IMG/VR virus record: IMGVR_UViG_3300044941_000295
Span: 1 to 61,750 of that record
Source of the DNA: a virus
Lineage: Duplodnaviria > Caudoviricetes
Reading direction: 5' to 3' (one strand)
DNA length: 61,750 nt
Below the pieces are notes generated by a model. It was given only the letters and a program-made list of their open reading frames with translations, was not told where the DNA came from and ran no database searches. Below, one piece after another: positions 26,590-35,115 of this stretch; position 1 is the stretch's first letter; each line of letters begins with the position of its first letter. Both the position numbers and the translations under genes were made by a program.

Positions 26590-26814
26590 ATGAACGAAAG
26601 ATTTCGAGTTAAAACCAAAGATATGAAGACCAATAAGGTCTATGGCGGAGTGTTAGTAGGTGAAGTCCAGAAGGATATGCAAGGCAGGATCTGGTGGCAA
26701 AGAGCTAACGGAGAAGTGCAGCAGATTAATCCGCACCCCGACTCCCTTTGGATTGAAAAGGGAAGCGTTGAAGAGTGGGGCTTCCTTAAGCCAGACTTAA
26801 GAATTGTAACATAA
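26590..26814 (+). CDS. hypothetical early protein
   Basis: 74-aa ORF in operon. Confidence 0.65.
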   Translation: MNERFRVKTKDMKTNKVYGGVLVGEVQKDMQGRIWWQRANGEVQQINPHPDSLWIEKGSVEEWGFLKPDLRIVT

Positions 26815-26820
26815 ATAACG

Positions 26821-26856
26821 TGGTCGTAACATTTTGGCGTTACGACCATTTTTTTC
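26821..26856 (+). terminator. intrinsic terminator
   Basis: TGGTCGTAAC-loop-GTTACGACCA followed by T-run. Confidence 0.88.
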
Positions 26857-26891
26857 TTTACTTTCTTTAAAATATCCCGTACAATAAATCT

Positions 26892-27944
26892 ATGGGAAAT
26901 TATCAATACCAAGTAGACAGCGCCCTTAGAGTTTTAAACAACACCCTTAGCGGCAACTATATTGCGGGTGTGGTGGCGGCAGCTCCCGGCGCAGGTAAGA
27001 CCCAAATTTCCTTTATTTATATTAATGAGTATGTTCGGAAGTTTCCGAACGCTAAAGTTCTTGTTCTTACCCACAACATGAATGTCTTAAAAAACCAATA
27101 CTTAAACGACCTCGCCAACGCCCATGTTCGGATTGATTTTACGTTTGGCGATTTCCGAACACAAAACGTACAGGTTAAGGTTGGCATTCCCGCTTCTATT
27201 AAAAACCTTGATTGGACTAAGATTGACCTTCTGGTGGTGGACGAGGCCCATGAATATTGGGGCGAAAAAATGGTTACGGACATCTATAAGCGTTTGGCTC
27301 CAAACCACGTGCTTTTGCTGACAGGTTCTCCTTCCAGCTTTATTATGCACAACCATGCGGTTGACCGTGTTTACAAAAACAATAGAAAATACTTTATTGA
27401 TTTTATTGCAGGGTCTGATTTAGCTAAAAACGACGTATTTGCATCCGTTACCTTGGACTGCATAGATAGTGGTGAGACTACCGCCCAAAGTCTTGAAAAC
27501 GCCCTTAATAGGGCTAAAGCGCAAGGGTACGACATGAGCAAGATTATGATTGCTTGCGCTAATACTGAGCAGGCAAATATTGTTTCCTACCAGATGGGAA
27601 TTAGGGGGCGTAAGGTGGCGCTTTCTACATCCAACAATGACAGTGATTCTGCCGAGTTTGAAGCTTTTTTAAAAGGTGAAAAAGACGTTTTAGTTGTTGT
27701 CCGTAGAGGAATTCTTGGGTTCTCTGACAATAATTTATCTCTTGTTATTGACATGAAGTGCAGCCCTGATTTAGACACAAGGAACCAACTGTTTGCTCGA
27801 GTGCTGCGTAAGAGCCCAAAAGGTATTAAAAAGGCATACATTACCGTACCTTCTAAAGATAAGGTTAAAGGTGAAGTGGCCATGTTGAGAAAACTTGTTG
27901 ATTTTATGAAAAGAGAAAACTTCTCGACTTATTTGGGCGTTTAA
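26892..27944 (+). CDS. SF2 (DEAH) helicase-like protein
   Basis: APGAGKT, VVDEAH, LTGS, QLFARVLR. Confidence 0.8.
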   Translation: MGNYQYQVDSALRVLNNTLSGNYIAGVVAAAPGAGKTQISFIYINEYVRKFPNAKVLVLTHNMNVLKNQYLNDLANAHVRIDFTFGDFRTQNVQVKVGIPASIKNLDWTKIDLLVVDEAHEYWGEKMVTDIYKRLAPNHVLLLTGSPSSFIMHNHAVDRVYKNNRKYFIDFIAGSDLAKNDVFASVTLDCIDSGETTAQSLENALNRAKAQGYDMSKIMIACANTEQANIVSYQMGIRGRKVALSTSNNDSDSAEFEAFLKGEKDVLVVVRRGILGFSDNNLSLVIDMKCSPDLDTRNQLFARVLRKSPKGIKKAYITVPSKDKVKGEVAMLRKLVDFMKRENFSTYLGV

Positions 27945-28333
27945 TAATTCCAGCGCCGAACCTTGTCTTTTCTGGAATCAACGTGAATAAATTTCTTATT
28001 GTGCCTTGCGTCTCCGATCGCTTTGAAATGCTTTTCGCATGCAGCGTACAAGGCATTTAAATCAGACGCTGTAATGTCGGCAGCGTTTCCCTGAGGGTGC
28101 TGGCTTGTATCGGTCGAACCAATTGCCCTGTTGTGCTTAAGACAGCGGTAGCCGCTGGTTACGGTCATGGATTTTCCGTAATCGTCTCGAACTTTTTGAA
28201 GATCCTCAATCAATTCCTTGCTGATTTTTTGGTTTACGCAATCGGCGTTTTTACATTTACACTCAAACTCTAAACTATTGAAATTCTTAGAAAGTTGTAT
28301 TTTTTCACCTTTTTTCCATGTAAAATAACTCAT
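27941..28333 (-). CDS. peptidase M15A family protein, candidate endolysin
   Basis: SGYRC..HN..IG....SQH..GNAAD, FIHVDSR. Confidence 0.88.
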   Translation of the reverse strand: MSYFTWKKGEKIQLSKNFNSLEFECKCKNADCVNQKISKELIEDLQKVRDDYGKSMTVTSGYRCLKHNRAIGSTDTSQHPQGNAADITASDLNALYAACEKHFKAIGDARHNKKFIHVDSRKDKVRRWNY

Positions 28334-28353
28334 TTAAAAATCTCCGTTTTTAT

Positions 28354-28361
28354 TAAAGATT
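28354..28361 (-). promoter_or_regulatory. putative late promoter motif AATCTTTA (minus strand)
   Basis: 20 nt upstream of the M15 gene start. Confidence 0.65.
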
Positions 28362-28369
28362 GCCTATTG

Positions 28370-28377
28370 TGGTATAT
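28370..28377 (+). promoter_or_regulatory. putative middle promoter motif TGGTATAT
   Basis: 6 nt before ATG 28384. Confidence 0.65.
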
Positions 28378-28383
28378 CTGATC

Positions 28384-29862
28384 ATGATAGAATTTGAAAT
28401 TATATCGCCATCAGTGGCACTTATACATAATTACCAGCAACACCTGCCGTCTTTGCGTAAGGAATTAACCTATAGAAATCTTACAAACGTTTACGCGTAC
28501 AATAAGCATAATCAGAAAAAATGGCTTCAAAGAAAAGACCCGATAGCGTTTGAGGAGGAGGCGGAAAGGCTTAAAAAACTTATTTATCAAAATATTTTAT
28601 TTAACCATAATGGAAAGCTCGCTACTTACCCGGGCATCATCCCTTACCTAAAAACCCCGCACAAAGTAGTCAATCGAATTGATTACCCGCCATTCAAGCC
28701 CCTTCCGTGGCAAGCTTCCCTACCCTTTAACCCTTATAGCTATCAAGAAGAAGCTGTGCGTAATCTCTTAGAGGCCAAACATGCCCATATCAGCGCTGCT
28801 ACTGGACTAGGGAAAACCCTTATTATTCTTATGCTGGCAAGAAATGCGGGGCTAGATATGGTGATTACAACCCCCGCACAATCTATTTTTGCTGATCTAC
28901 TAAAAGAGTGCGAAACCTACCTTGGGAAGAACGTAGTTGGAGCTTACGGCGATGGAAAAAAAGATCTCACTAAAAAAATAACTGTTGCAATTAACAGATC
29001 ACTTTCGATGGTGAAAGAGGGTACTCCAGCTTGGGAGTTTTTCTCAAAAAAGAAAGTTATGATCGTAGACGAAACACATGCGTTTGGCAGTGAAGATTTG
29101 TCTAAGACCGCGTTCGGATTACTTAAAGATATCCCCTATAGATTTTTTTTAAGCGCTACGCCAATCAGAATGGATGGAACGCAAACCTTGTTAAATGCCA
29201 TTATTGGTAAATGTGTTTTAGATATGGATTTGGAAAAGGGGATTAAGGGCGGTTATCTATCGCCCTTAAAATTTAAGATAATAAATACCAGAACCCCTAA
29301 TACTCTAAACTTTCAAGATCCGATTGAAGCTAAAAGAGAGTATTTTCTTAGAAACCCAAATATTGCAGAAATTGCAGGTAGACTTGGTAACGCCAATTGG
29401 ACGGTGAAGGGTGAGAACACCCTGATTCTGGTTGAAGAATTGCAACAGATTCAAATGATAGCCAAACATCTAACCGTTCCGTACGGATATGTCCATTCTG
29501 GCTCAAAAGCTGAAGCTGAGTCCTATGGCCTCAAGAAGGTGAACGCTACGGAAGAGATCGAAAGATTCAACAAAGGGGAAATAAAAGTCTTAATAGGAAC
29601 AAGGTCGGTCGCTACGGGAACGAATATTTTTTCTCACCACACCATCAACTGTATGGGCGGGACTTCGGAAGTCGCCACAATGCAAGGCGCAGTCGGCAGA
29701 TCCACAAGACAGACGGATAAGAGCAAATACGCCCAATATCACAAGCCAAAGCATTTTTGTGTTATTTACGATTTTAACGTAACTAACAGTGAAATAATGG
29801 TGCGACAGCTAGAGAAAAGGATTGAATTTTACCGACAATCAGGTGAGGACGTGGTATATTAA
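28384..29862 (+). CDS. UvsW-like SF2 DNA helicase
   Basis: YQEEAV, ATGLGKT, VDETH, SATP, QGAVGRSTR. Confidence 0.85.
   Translation: MIEFEIISPSVALIHNYQQHLPSLRKELTYRNLTNVYAYNKHNQKKWLQRKDPIAFEEEAERLKKLIYQNILFNHNGKLATYPGIIPYLKTPHKVVNRIDYPPFKPLPWQASLPFNPYSYQEEAVRNLLEAKHAHISAATGLGKTLIILMLARNAGLDMVITTPAQSIFADLLKECETYLGKNVVGAYGDGKKDLTKKITVAINRSLSMVKEGTPAWEFFSKKKVMIVDETHAFGSEDLSKTAFGLLKDIPYRFFLSATPIRMDGTQTLLNAIIGKCVLDMDLEKGIKGGYLSPLKFKIINTRTPNTLNFQDPIEAKREYFLRNPNIAEIAGRLGNANWTVKGENTLILVEELQQIQMIAKHLTVPYGYVHSGSKAEAESYGLKKVNATEEIERFNKGEIKVLIGTRSVATGTNIFSHHTINCMGGTSEVATMQGAVGRSTRQTDKSKYAQYHKPKHFCVIYDFNVTNSEIMVRQLEKRIEFYRQSGEDVVY
29852..29859 (+). promoter_or_regulatory. putative middle promoter motif TGGTATAT
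   Basis: 6 nt before ATG 29866. Confidence 0.65.
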
Positions 29863-29865
29863 GTT

Positions 29866-30942
29866 ATGAAAAGTAAAAAATTTCATGTAGATACAGATTT
29901 TCAGCAACTAGCTCAACTTGTGGACTTTAAGCTCACCCAAAACAATTATAAAAAAATGTCTAAAAAAGAGCTTGAAAAAGTGCAGGAAAAACAAGTTAAT
30001 AACGTCTTCTCTTTGGAAGAAAGTTTTAAAAACACCCTTCTGACGAACGCAGAAGGTAAGCTTGTTTCAGTGTATCAAAAATTCATAGATTATATAAAAA
30101 AGGATGTTGGGAATATTTTGGTAGCTCAGTCGTATTTTAGAGAAAAGCAAAAGCATTTTACTAAAATATCTTCTTGCATTAAAAATGACCGACCCAAAGA
30201 TCTGACGGAATTTCATATAAATTACAATCTAATCTCCTTTATTGTGCAAAATTGGGGAGGGCCGCTTCCTCTTAAAGCTCAAGATATTTATGATCGCTTT
30301 ATAGAAGCCAGACAAGTGTTAATTGAAAACAACATGCCATTAGCAATTAACAGAGCTTTGACTTTTTATCGCAAAACCAACGAGAATGATTTGTCATTGC
30401 TTGATCTAATTAATATTTGTGTTACAGGGCTCGCTGTTGGAATTGATAAGTATTCGGGCCCATATTCTAAAGTTTGGCGATCCGTATGTATTGGTCGCAT
30501 GGTTGGATTTATGATTAAAGAGTATAGTGAAACATTTGTTAAGCTATACCCTACCGATAAAAAAATTCTTTACAGGGCGAATATAATTAAATATCGCCAT
30601 AAGATTGAGGACTTTGAGGAGTTAGCGGAGGCAGTTAATAAAAGTTTCTTAGAAGATAAAGCTAAGGGTATGCCAATCCCAAAACTACCTATTTCGGCCC
30701 ATACAATAAAAAGCCTAATGAATGCGGCCCATTACATTAGCACTGACAGTAAAATTAACGAAGACAACGAGATTTCTGATGAAGGTGCGGGGGTTTATGA
30801 TTACGTATCAGAATATGAAGGCTCGATAGATATGAGCGAAGAAGCTGAAAATCGAGATAGTTTGCTTAAATTAAGCATGGCTATTAAAAATTTGGACGTA
30901 TTGCCAAGAAAAATCATTCGTTTAAAGGGAGTTTCTGTATGA
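29866..30942 (+). CDS. sigma70-family factor (regions 2-3) lacking region 4.2
   Basis: LIENNMPLAINRA...DLINICVTGLAVGIDKY region 2; ends at KNLDVLPRKIIRLKG. Confidence 0.75.
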   Translation: MKSKKFHVDTDFQQLAQLVDFKLTQNNYKKMSKKELEKVQEKQVNNVFSLEESFKNTLLTNAEGKLVSVYQKFIDYIKKDVGNILVAQSYFREKQKHFTKISSCIKNDRPKDLTEFHINYNLISFIVQNWGGPLPLKAQDIYDRFIEARQVLIENNMPLAINRALTFYRKTNENDLSLLDLINICVTGLAVGIDKYSGPYSKVWRSVCIGRMVGFMIKEYSETFVKLYPTDKKILYRANIIKYRHKIEDFEELAEAVNKSFLEDKAKGMPIPKLPISAHTIKSLMNAAHYISTDSKINEDNEISDEGAGVYDYVSEYEGSIDMSEEAENRDSLLKLSMAIKNLDVLPRKIIRLKGVSV

Positions 30943-31247
30943 TTAGTGTCAATAACAAAATCTTTTGCGAAGCATATTCTGGAGGTAAGTCCTTGAAATC
31001 AGAGGTTAAATCGGGATTTGCCACAGTTCAGCAAAAAAACAACTTAGTCGGGCTTAGGGTTCTGGCTGATGCGACAGTCGCTTTTGGAACTAAGACCCTT
31101 GATATTCCCAAGGGTTCTGTGGTATTCTTTAATGAAGAAACATTGTATATCCACCAACAATACCATGCGCCTATTAAAAACAACGTTTTTGATGAGCCGT
31201 GCGTTGTTGCCGACTTCAACCATGTAATAGGGGTAAAAATTGGCTAA
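30939..31247 (+). CDS. GroES/Cpn10-like co-chaperonin
   Basis: 102 aa; VNNKIFC, KSGF mobile-loop-like segment, RVLA, KGSVVFF, VIGV pattern. Confidence 0.55.
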   Translation: MISVNNKIFCEAYSGGKSLKSEVKSGFATVQQKNNLVGLRVLADATVAFGTKTLDIPKGSVVFFNEETLYIHQQYHAPIKNNVFDEPCVVADFNHVIGVKIG

Positions 31248-32241
31248 ATTATTGGTGTGTGGCGACCCCCACACAATGATATCAAATCTAGAAGATTCTC
31301 AAAAGCTTTTAGATTTTATACTTGAAAATGCCTTAAAAGCAAAGGTAGACGGAGTTGTTTTTACTGGAGATCTTTTCCATAACCATGCGGTTGTTAGAAT
31401 TGAGGTTACGGACTTTTGGGTTAGAAATCTTCTAAAGCTGACTGAAAATAATTTAAAATGTATTATAATAGCAGGAAATCACGATATGGTGGGCGATAAA
31501 GCCAAGGAAGGCAAATTTAGCGCCGTAACCTCACTTGGCTTAATTCCAAACGTAATGGTAATTGATCAGAAAGATATAGTTACGTTCCCTGACAAAACAG
31601 TTTTGGCGCTTAGAGCTTATACAAGTGACCATGCACTTTTCATAAACGACTGTGCTGAAATGAAGGCAAAAGGCGCTAACTATTTAATTGCCCACCAAAC
31701 TTTCACTGGAGCGACCTATTCTAACGGTTTTTATGCTTCGGACGGTATTGATCCTTCACTTGTAGCTCAGGATCATGTTATTTCAGGTCACATCCACACC
31801 TCCATGCAGATTGGTAATTGCTTTTATGTTGGCAGCCCTAAAGCCGACAATATGGCAGACGCCAATATCCCCAAAGGGGTTTGGATTTTAAATTTTAAAC
31901 AAGATGGTTCTGGTTATAGCAAGGAATTCCTCTCAACAGATGCGGTAGTCACCTGCTATAAAAAGTTTAAGATTGTGGAAGGTGAGGATTTTCCTGTTTT
32001 AAATCCAGCGCACAAAAACTATCTAGAATTAGAGGGATCGAATATTTGGATTACTTCTATGAAAAAAAAGCTCAAGAATATGCAAAACCTACAGATTAAG
32101 GCAGTCCCAACAGACACAAAACTGTCCACATCAAAAGCAAGAGTTACAGATATAGAGGATTTCCTAACAAATCAATTTAAGCCAATCAACGGTCTAAAAA
32201 TAGAAGAGGTTCGTCAATTTATTAGGGGGCTTGATGAGTAA
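31240..32241 (+). CDS. SbcD/Mre11 (gp47-like) nuclease
   Basis: GDPH, GDLFH, GNHD, SGHIH, YVGSP. Confidence 0.88.
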   Translation: MAKLLVCGDPHTMISNLEDSQKLLDFILENALKAKVDGVVFTGDLFHNHAVVRIEVTDFWVRNLLKLTENNLKCIIIAGNHDMVGDKAKEGKFSAVTSLGLIPNVMVIDQKDIVTFPDKTVLALRAYTSDHALFINDCAEMKAKGANYLIAHQTFTGATYSNGFYASDGIDPSLVAQDHVISGHIHTSMQIGNCFYVGSPKADNMADANIPKGVWILNFKQDGSGYSKEFLSTDAVVTCYKKFKIVEGEDFPVLNPAHKNYLELEGSNIWITSMKKKLKNMQNLQIKAVPTDTKLSTSKARVTDIEDFLTNQFKPINGLKIEEVRQFIRGLDE

Positions 32242-32650
32242 CGATAATAGCACAATTGTTGATAGTCATCGTAATATGCTGATGCTATCTAAAAACCTAA
32301 GCGATTTTCAAATTGAAAATCTAAGGCAGTGGCCATTTGTTTTTTTTAATGGCGTAGAAAATGTATCCGTATCTTGGAACTTTATAGAAGAAAAAGATGG
32401 AGAAGAGCTATTTAGTCCGGGATTTGTAACTTTTGACATTACAACCCAAAAAACAAACGATCTTGCAACATCGGTCGTGTTTTTAGAGTCTTGTGTTAAA
32501 CTTATGTTTTGGTCAGATACTAAAGTAAACATTTTAATTAATGGTGAACCATGGAACAGTCAAACAAAGTCATCAAATACCAAGAAGACTTCTCGGAAGA
32601 AGAAAACAAAGCGCTCCAAGAATTCATTAAAAATGGATGTCCCGGCTTAA
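32231..32650 (+). CDS. hypothetical protein
   Basis: 139-aa ORF in operon. Confidence 0.65.
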   Translation: MMSNDNSTIVDSHRNMLMLSKNLSDFQIENLRQWPFVFFNGVENVSVSWNFIEEKDGEELFSPGFVTFDITTQKTNDLATSVVFLESCVKLMFWSDTKVNILINGEPWNSQTKSSNTKKTSRKKKTKRSKNSLKMDVPA

Positions 32651-33195
32651 CAAAAGTTGACGAGGACAGGACATTTGAGTGGTTTCGGCTTTACATGTCG
32701 GGCAAAAACTATGGAGAAATAGCCTCCATCTGTAACGTCAAAAAAGAACTTGTCCTGTATATTGGGAACAAGCTTAAATGGAATGAAAAAAGGATGTCTT
32801 ACTACTCAGAGATATCCTCAACCCTTCTTCAGAAGACCGTGACTGTTAAGGCAGAAAGTGCCAACACAATTGCTACTATGGTATCGGCCCTTAACCAGTA
32901 TTTTGGGGATAAATTTATCAATTATCTTAGAACTAAAGATGCTAAACATATTGACGGTATTGACTCTAAGATGCTGGCGCAATACTACAAGTCCTTGGAA
33001 ATGTTGGATAAATTGGTTCCAAGCTCCCCATCAGTTGCTGCAACCCCTGCCGTCAATATTAACGTTGGATCAAATGCCAAAATTGAGCAATCCCCTAATG
33101 GAGACGTCACTGTAACGACTGACGACTCCGCTAAAGAAATCTTGTCTGCATTAGCAAAATATAAAAAGAAATTGAGCGAAGAAGACGAGGGTTGA
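32551..33195 (+). CDS. HTH-containing protein, possible terminase small subunit
   Basis: LYMSGKNYGEIASICNV HTH, helical middle, VNINV tail. Confidence 0.4.
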   Translation: MEQSNKVIKYQEDFSEEENKALQEFIKNGCPGLTKVDEDRTFEWFRLYMSGKNYGEIASICNVKKELVLYIGNKLKWNEKRMSYYSEISSTLLQKTVTVKAESANTIATMVSALNQYFGDKFINYLRTKDAKHIDGIDSKMLAQYYKSLEMLDKLVPSSPSVAATPAVNINVGSNAKIEQSPNGDVTVTTDDSAKEILSALAKYKKKLSEEDEG

Positions 33196-33220
33196 CCTGC
33201 CCAAAATCCCATGATATGAT
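33192..33220 (+). promoter_or_regulatory. sigma70-like promoter TTGACC-17-TATGAT with TG extension
   Basis: 6 nt before ATG 33227 (leaderless). Confidence 0.7.
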
Positions 33221-33226
33221 TTTATC

Positions 33227-33601
33227 ATGGGTTTCTTTATTGTATTCCTAGTTATTCAATCTTTTGGTCAAAATAACTCAACTTTTGACTACCTTCCCCC
33301 TCATAGGAGAGCTAGCAGGGCTGTGGACACAACTCAGAGAGCTATTTTAGCCTACCCCATGCCCAAAACAATTAAAAAGAATATCGAAACCAAGTTTATT
33401 AATTTAGCGGGAAAAGAATTCTCATCAACTATGGGGGTTTTTTATCTAATTTTTGAGAGAAAAGAAATTAGCACAAGATATTTTAACGGCTTAAGGCTTC
33501 CCACCCCCTTTTTTCAGGGATCAATAAGACCTGATTTAGGCTATAACTTTGAAACAAACAATGCCTACGGAGGCATATTTTACATAGGAGATTTTCCATG
33601 A
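33227..33601 (+). CDS. hypothetical exported/membrane protein
   Basis: Hydrophobic N-terminus. Confidence 0.6.
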   Translation: MGFFIVFLVIQSFGQNNSTFDYLPPHRRASRAVDTTQRAILAYPMPKTIKKNIETKFINLAGKEFSSTMGVFYLIFERKEISTRYFNGLRLPTPFFQGSIRPDLGYNFETNNAYGGIFYIGDFP

Positions 33602-33840
33602 CACATTTAATTTTTGGCTTTATCCTTAGCTCAATCGGGAAAAATCCTGATATGGCATGTTTTGTGCCAAATAACGACACTGCTTACATGAGAGAAAGCT
33701 CTAGTCTTGAGAAAAAAATTGAATATAAGAACAACAGGGCGTTAGTTACAGAGAAGACTTCGCTAACTAACGGTTGGGTTTCCATTGAAAAGTATGGTAA
33801 AACAATTACCTTTCCCTTTGTCTGCAAAAAAATTAAGTAG
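33598..33840 (+). CDS. hypothetical exported protein
   Basis: Hydrophobic N-terminus; ATGA overlap. Confidence 0.6.
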   Translation: MTHLIFGFILSSIGKNPDMACFVPNNDTAYMRESSSLEKKIEYKNNRALVTEKTSLTNGWVSIEKYGKTITFPFVCKKIK

Positions 33841-33844
33841 ACAA

Positions 33845-33852
33845 TGGTATAT
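33845..33852 (+). promoter_or_regulatory. putative middle promoter motif TGGTATAT
   Basis: Intergenic, upstream of GGAGG RBS. Confidence 0.6.
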
Positions 33853-33891
33853 TCACTTAAGGCATTATCGCCCAAACTACGGAGGAAAAAA

Positions 33892-34860
33892 ATGTTTAAA
33901 TTTATTTTATTAATGTTATTTACGATGTCGGGGGTTTTTGCCGCGGCACATAGCACAAAAAAAGATCTTCCAGATCTTACGGAAATCATTCTCACTGACG
34001 ATAACGTGATTTCTATGAAATCAGCTTTTACGTCAGATTCTGTCTCAGAGCTTATTGAGCAAGCGGCAAAGCTTGACTCGCGCCTGCCGGGCGGCCAGCC
34101 GATTTACCTGTTTTTGCGCACTCCCGGAGGTTCAATCCAAGCAGGGCTGGAGCTTTTTGAATACCTCAAGGGCCTTAATCGTCCTGTACATACTATCACT
34201 CTTTTTGCAGCCTCCATGGGATTCCAAACTGTTCAGCAATTGGGTAAGCGTTATATTTTAGAAAACGGCGTATTAATGAGTCACCGCGCCCGTGGTGGAA
34301 TTGACGGTGAGTTTGGTGGGGGAACAGCCCAGATGGATACTCGGTATGGTTTATGGCTTCGTCGAATCCAAGCTTTAGATGCTCATACCGTCAAACGCAC
34401 TAACGGCAAACAAACACTCAAGTCTTATCAGGCGGCGTACGCTAACGAATTGTGGCTTAACGGCAAAGAAGCTGTAGATCAAGGCTATGCTGATGCTGTA
34501 GTAAAGGTTAAGTGCGATGCGTCTTTAGAAGGAAAAGTAGAAAAATTGTCAATGAATTTTATTTTTATAACCATTGAAGTAACTATCCCAAAGTGTCCAT
34601 TGCGCACACGAATCATCAATACCCAAAGCAACATCCACACCAACCGTGGTGTAATGAAAATGCAGGATTTTGTCGCTATCAACCCTTCGTTTAAGACTTG
34701 TGAGCAAATTGAAAAAGAAAACGCCGCCAGCTCATACGCCTCAAAAGAGGTTGTATGTGCGCTAGATCCAAATCTAAACATGACTACAATTAATAACGAA
34801 ATCAAAAAAGCTACAGATTTTTTAATTAAGGACTTGTCTGAACATGTAATTAGAAACTAA
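33892..34860 (+). CDS. ClpP/S14-like protease with signal peptide and Cys-rich C-terminal extension
   Basis: TPGGS, AASMG, MSHRA, WLNGKEAVDQGYAD; MFKFILLMLFTMSGVFA leader. Confidence 0.8.
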   Translation: MFKFILLMLFTMSGVFAAAHSTKKDLPDLTEIILTDDNVISMKSAFTSDSVSELIEQAAKLDSRLPGGQPIYLFLRTPGGSIQAGLELFEYLKGLNRPVHTITLFAASMGFQTVQQLGKRYILENGVLMSHRARGGIDGEFGGGTAQMDTRYGLWLRRIQALDAHTVKRTNGKQTLKSYQAAYANELWLNGKEAVDQGYADAVVKVKCDASLEGKVEKLSMNFIFITIEVTIPKCPLRTRIINTQSNIHTNRGVMKMQDFVAINPSFKTCEQIEKENAASSYASKEVVCALDPNLNMTTINNEIKKATDFLIKDLSEHVIRN

Positions 34861-34869
34861 GAGGTCTAT

Positions 34870-35115
34870 ATGTTGATTAAATTTTACTGCAATAATCCAG
34901 ACTGCAAAAACGAAATATCAAAGTTTTTTAAGTCTTACAAAGACATCCCACCTTTTTTGGATTGTGGAGCTTGTGGTGTAGGCAAGATGGAGAGGGAGTA
35001 TTCTGCTCCTTCCTCCAAGTCAACTATTGTGGTAGATAACGGCTTTCAGTCTAAATCCGTCGAAGTGTTGACCGAAGTAGTTGAAAGAGAGGAAAGAAAG
35101 GTTAATCATGATTAA
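34870..35115 (+). CDS. FmdB-like Zn-ribbon protein
   Basis: CNNPDC...CGAC, MEREYSAP. Confidence 0.65.
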   Translation: MLIKFYCNNPDCKNEISKFFKSYKDIPPFLDCGACGVGKMEREYSAPSSKSTIVVDNGFQSKSVEVLTEVVEREERKVNHD

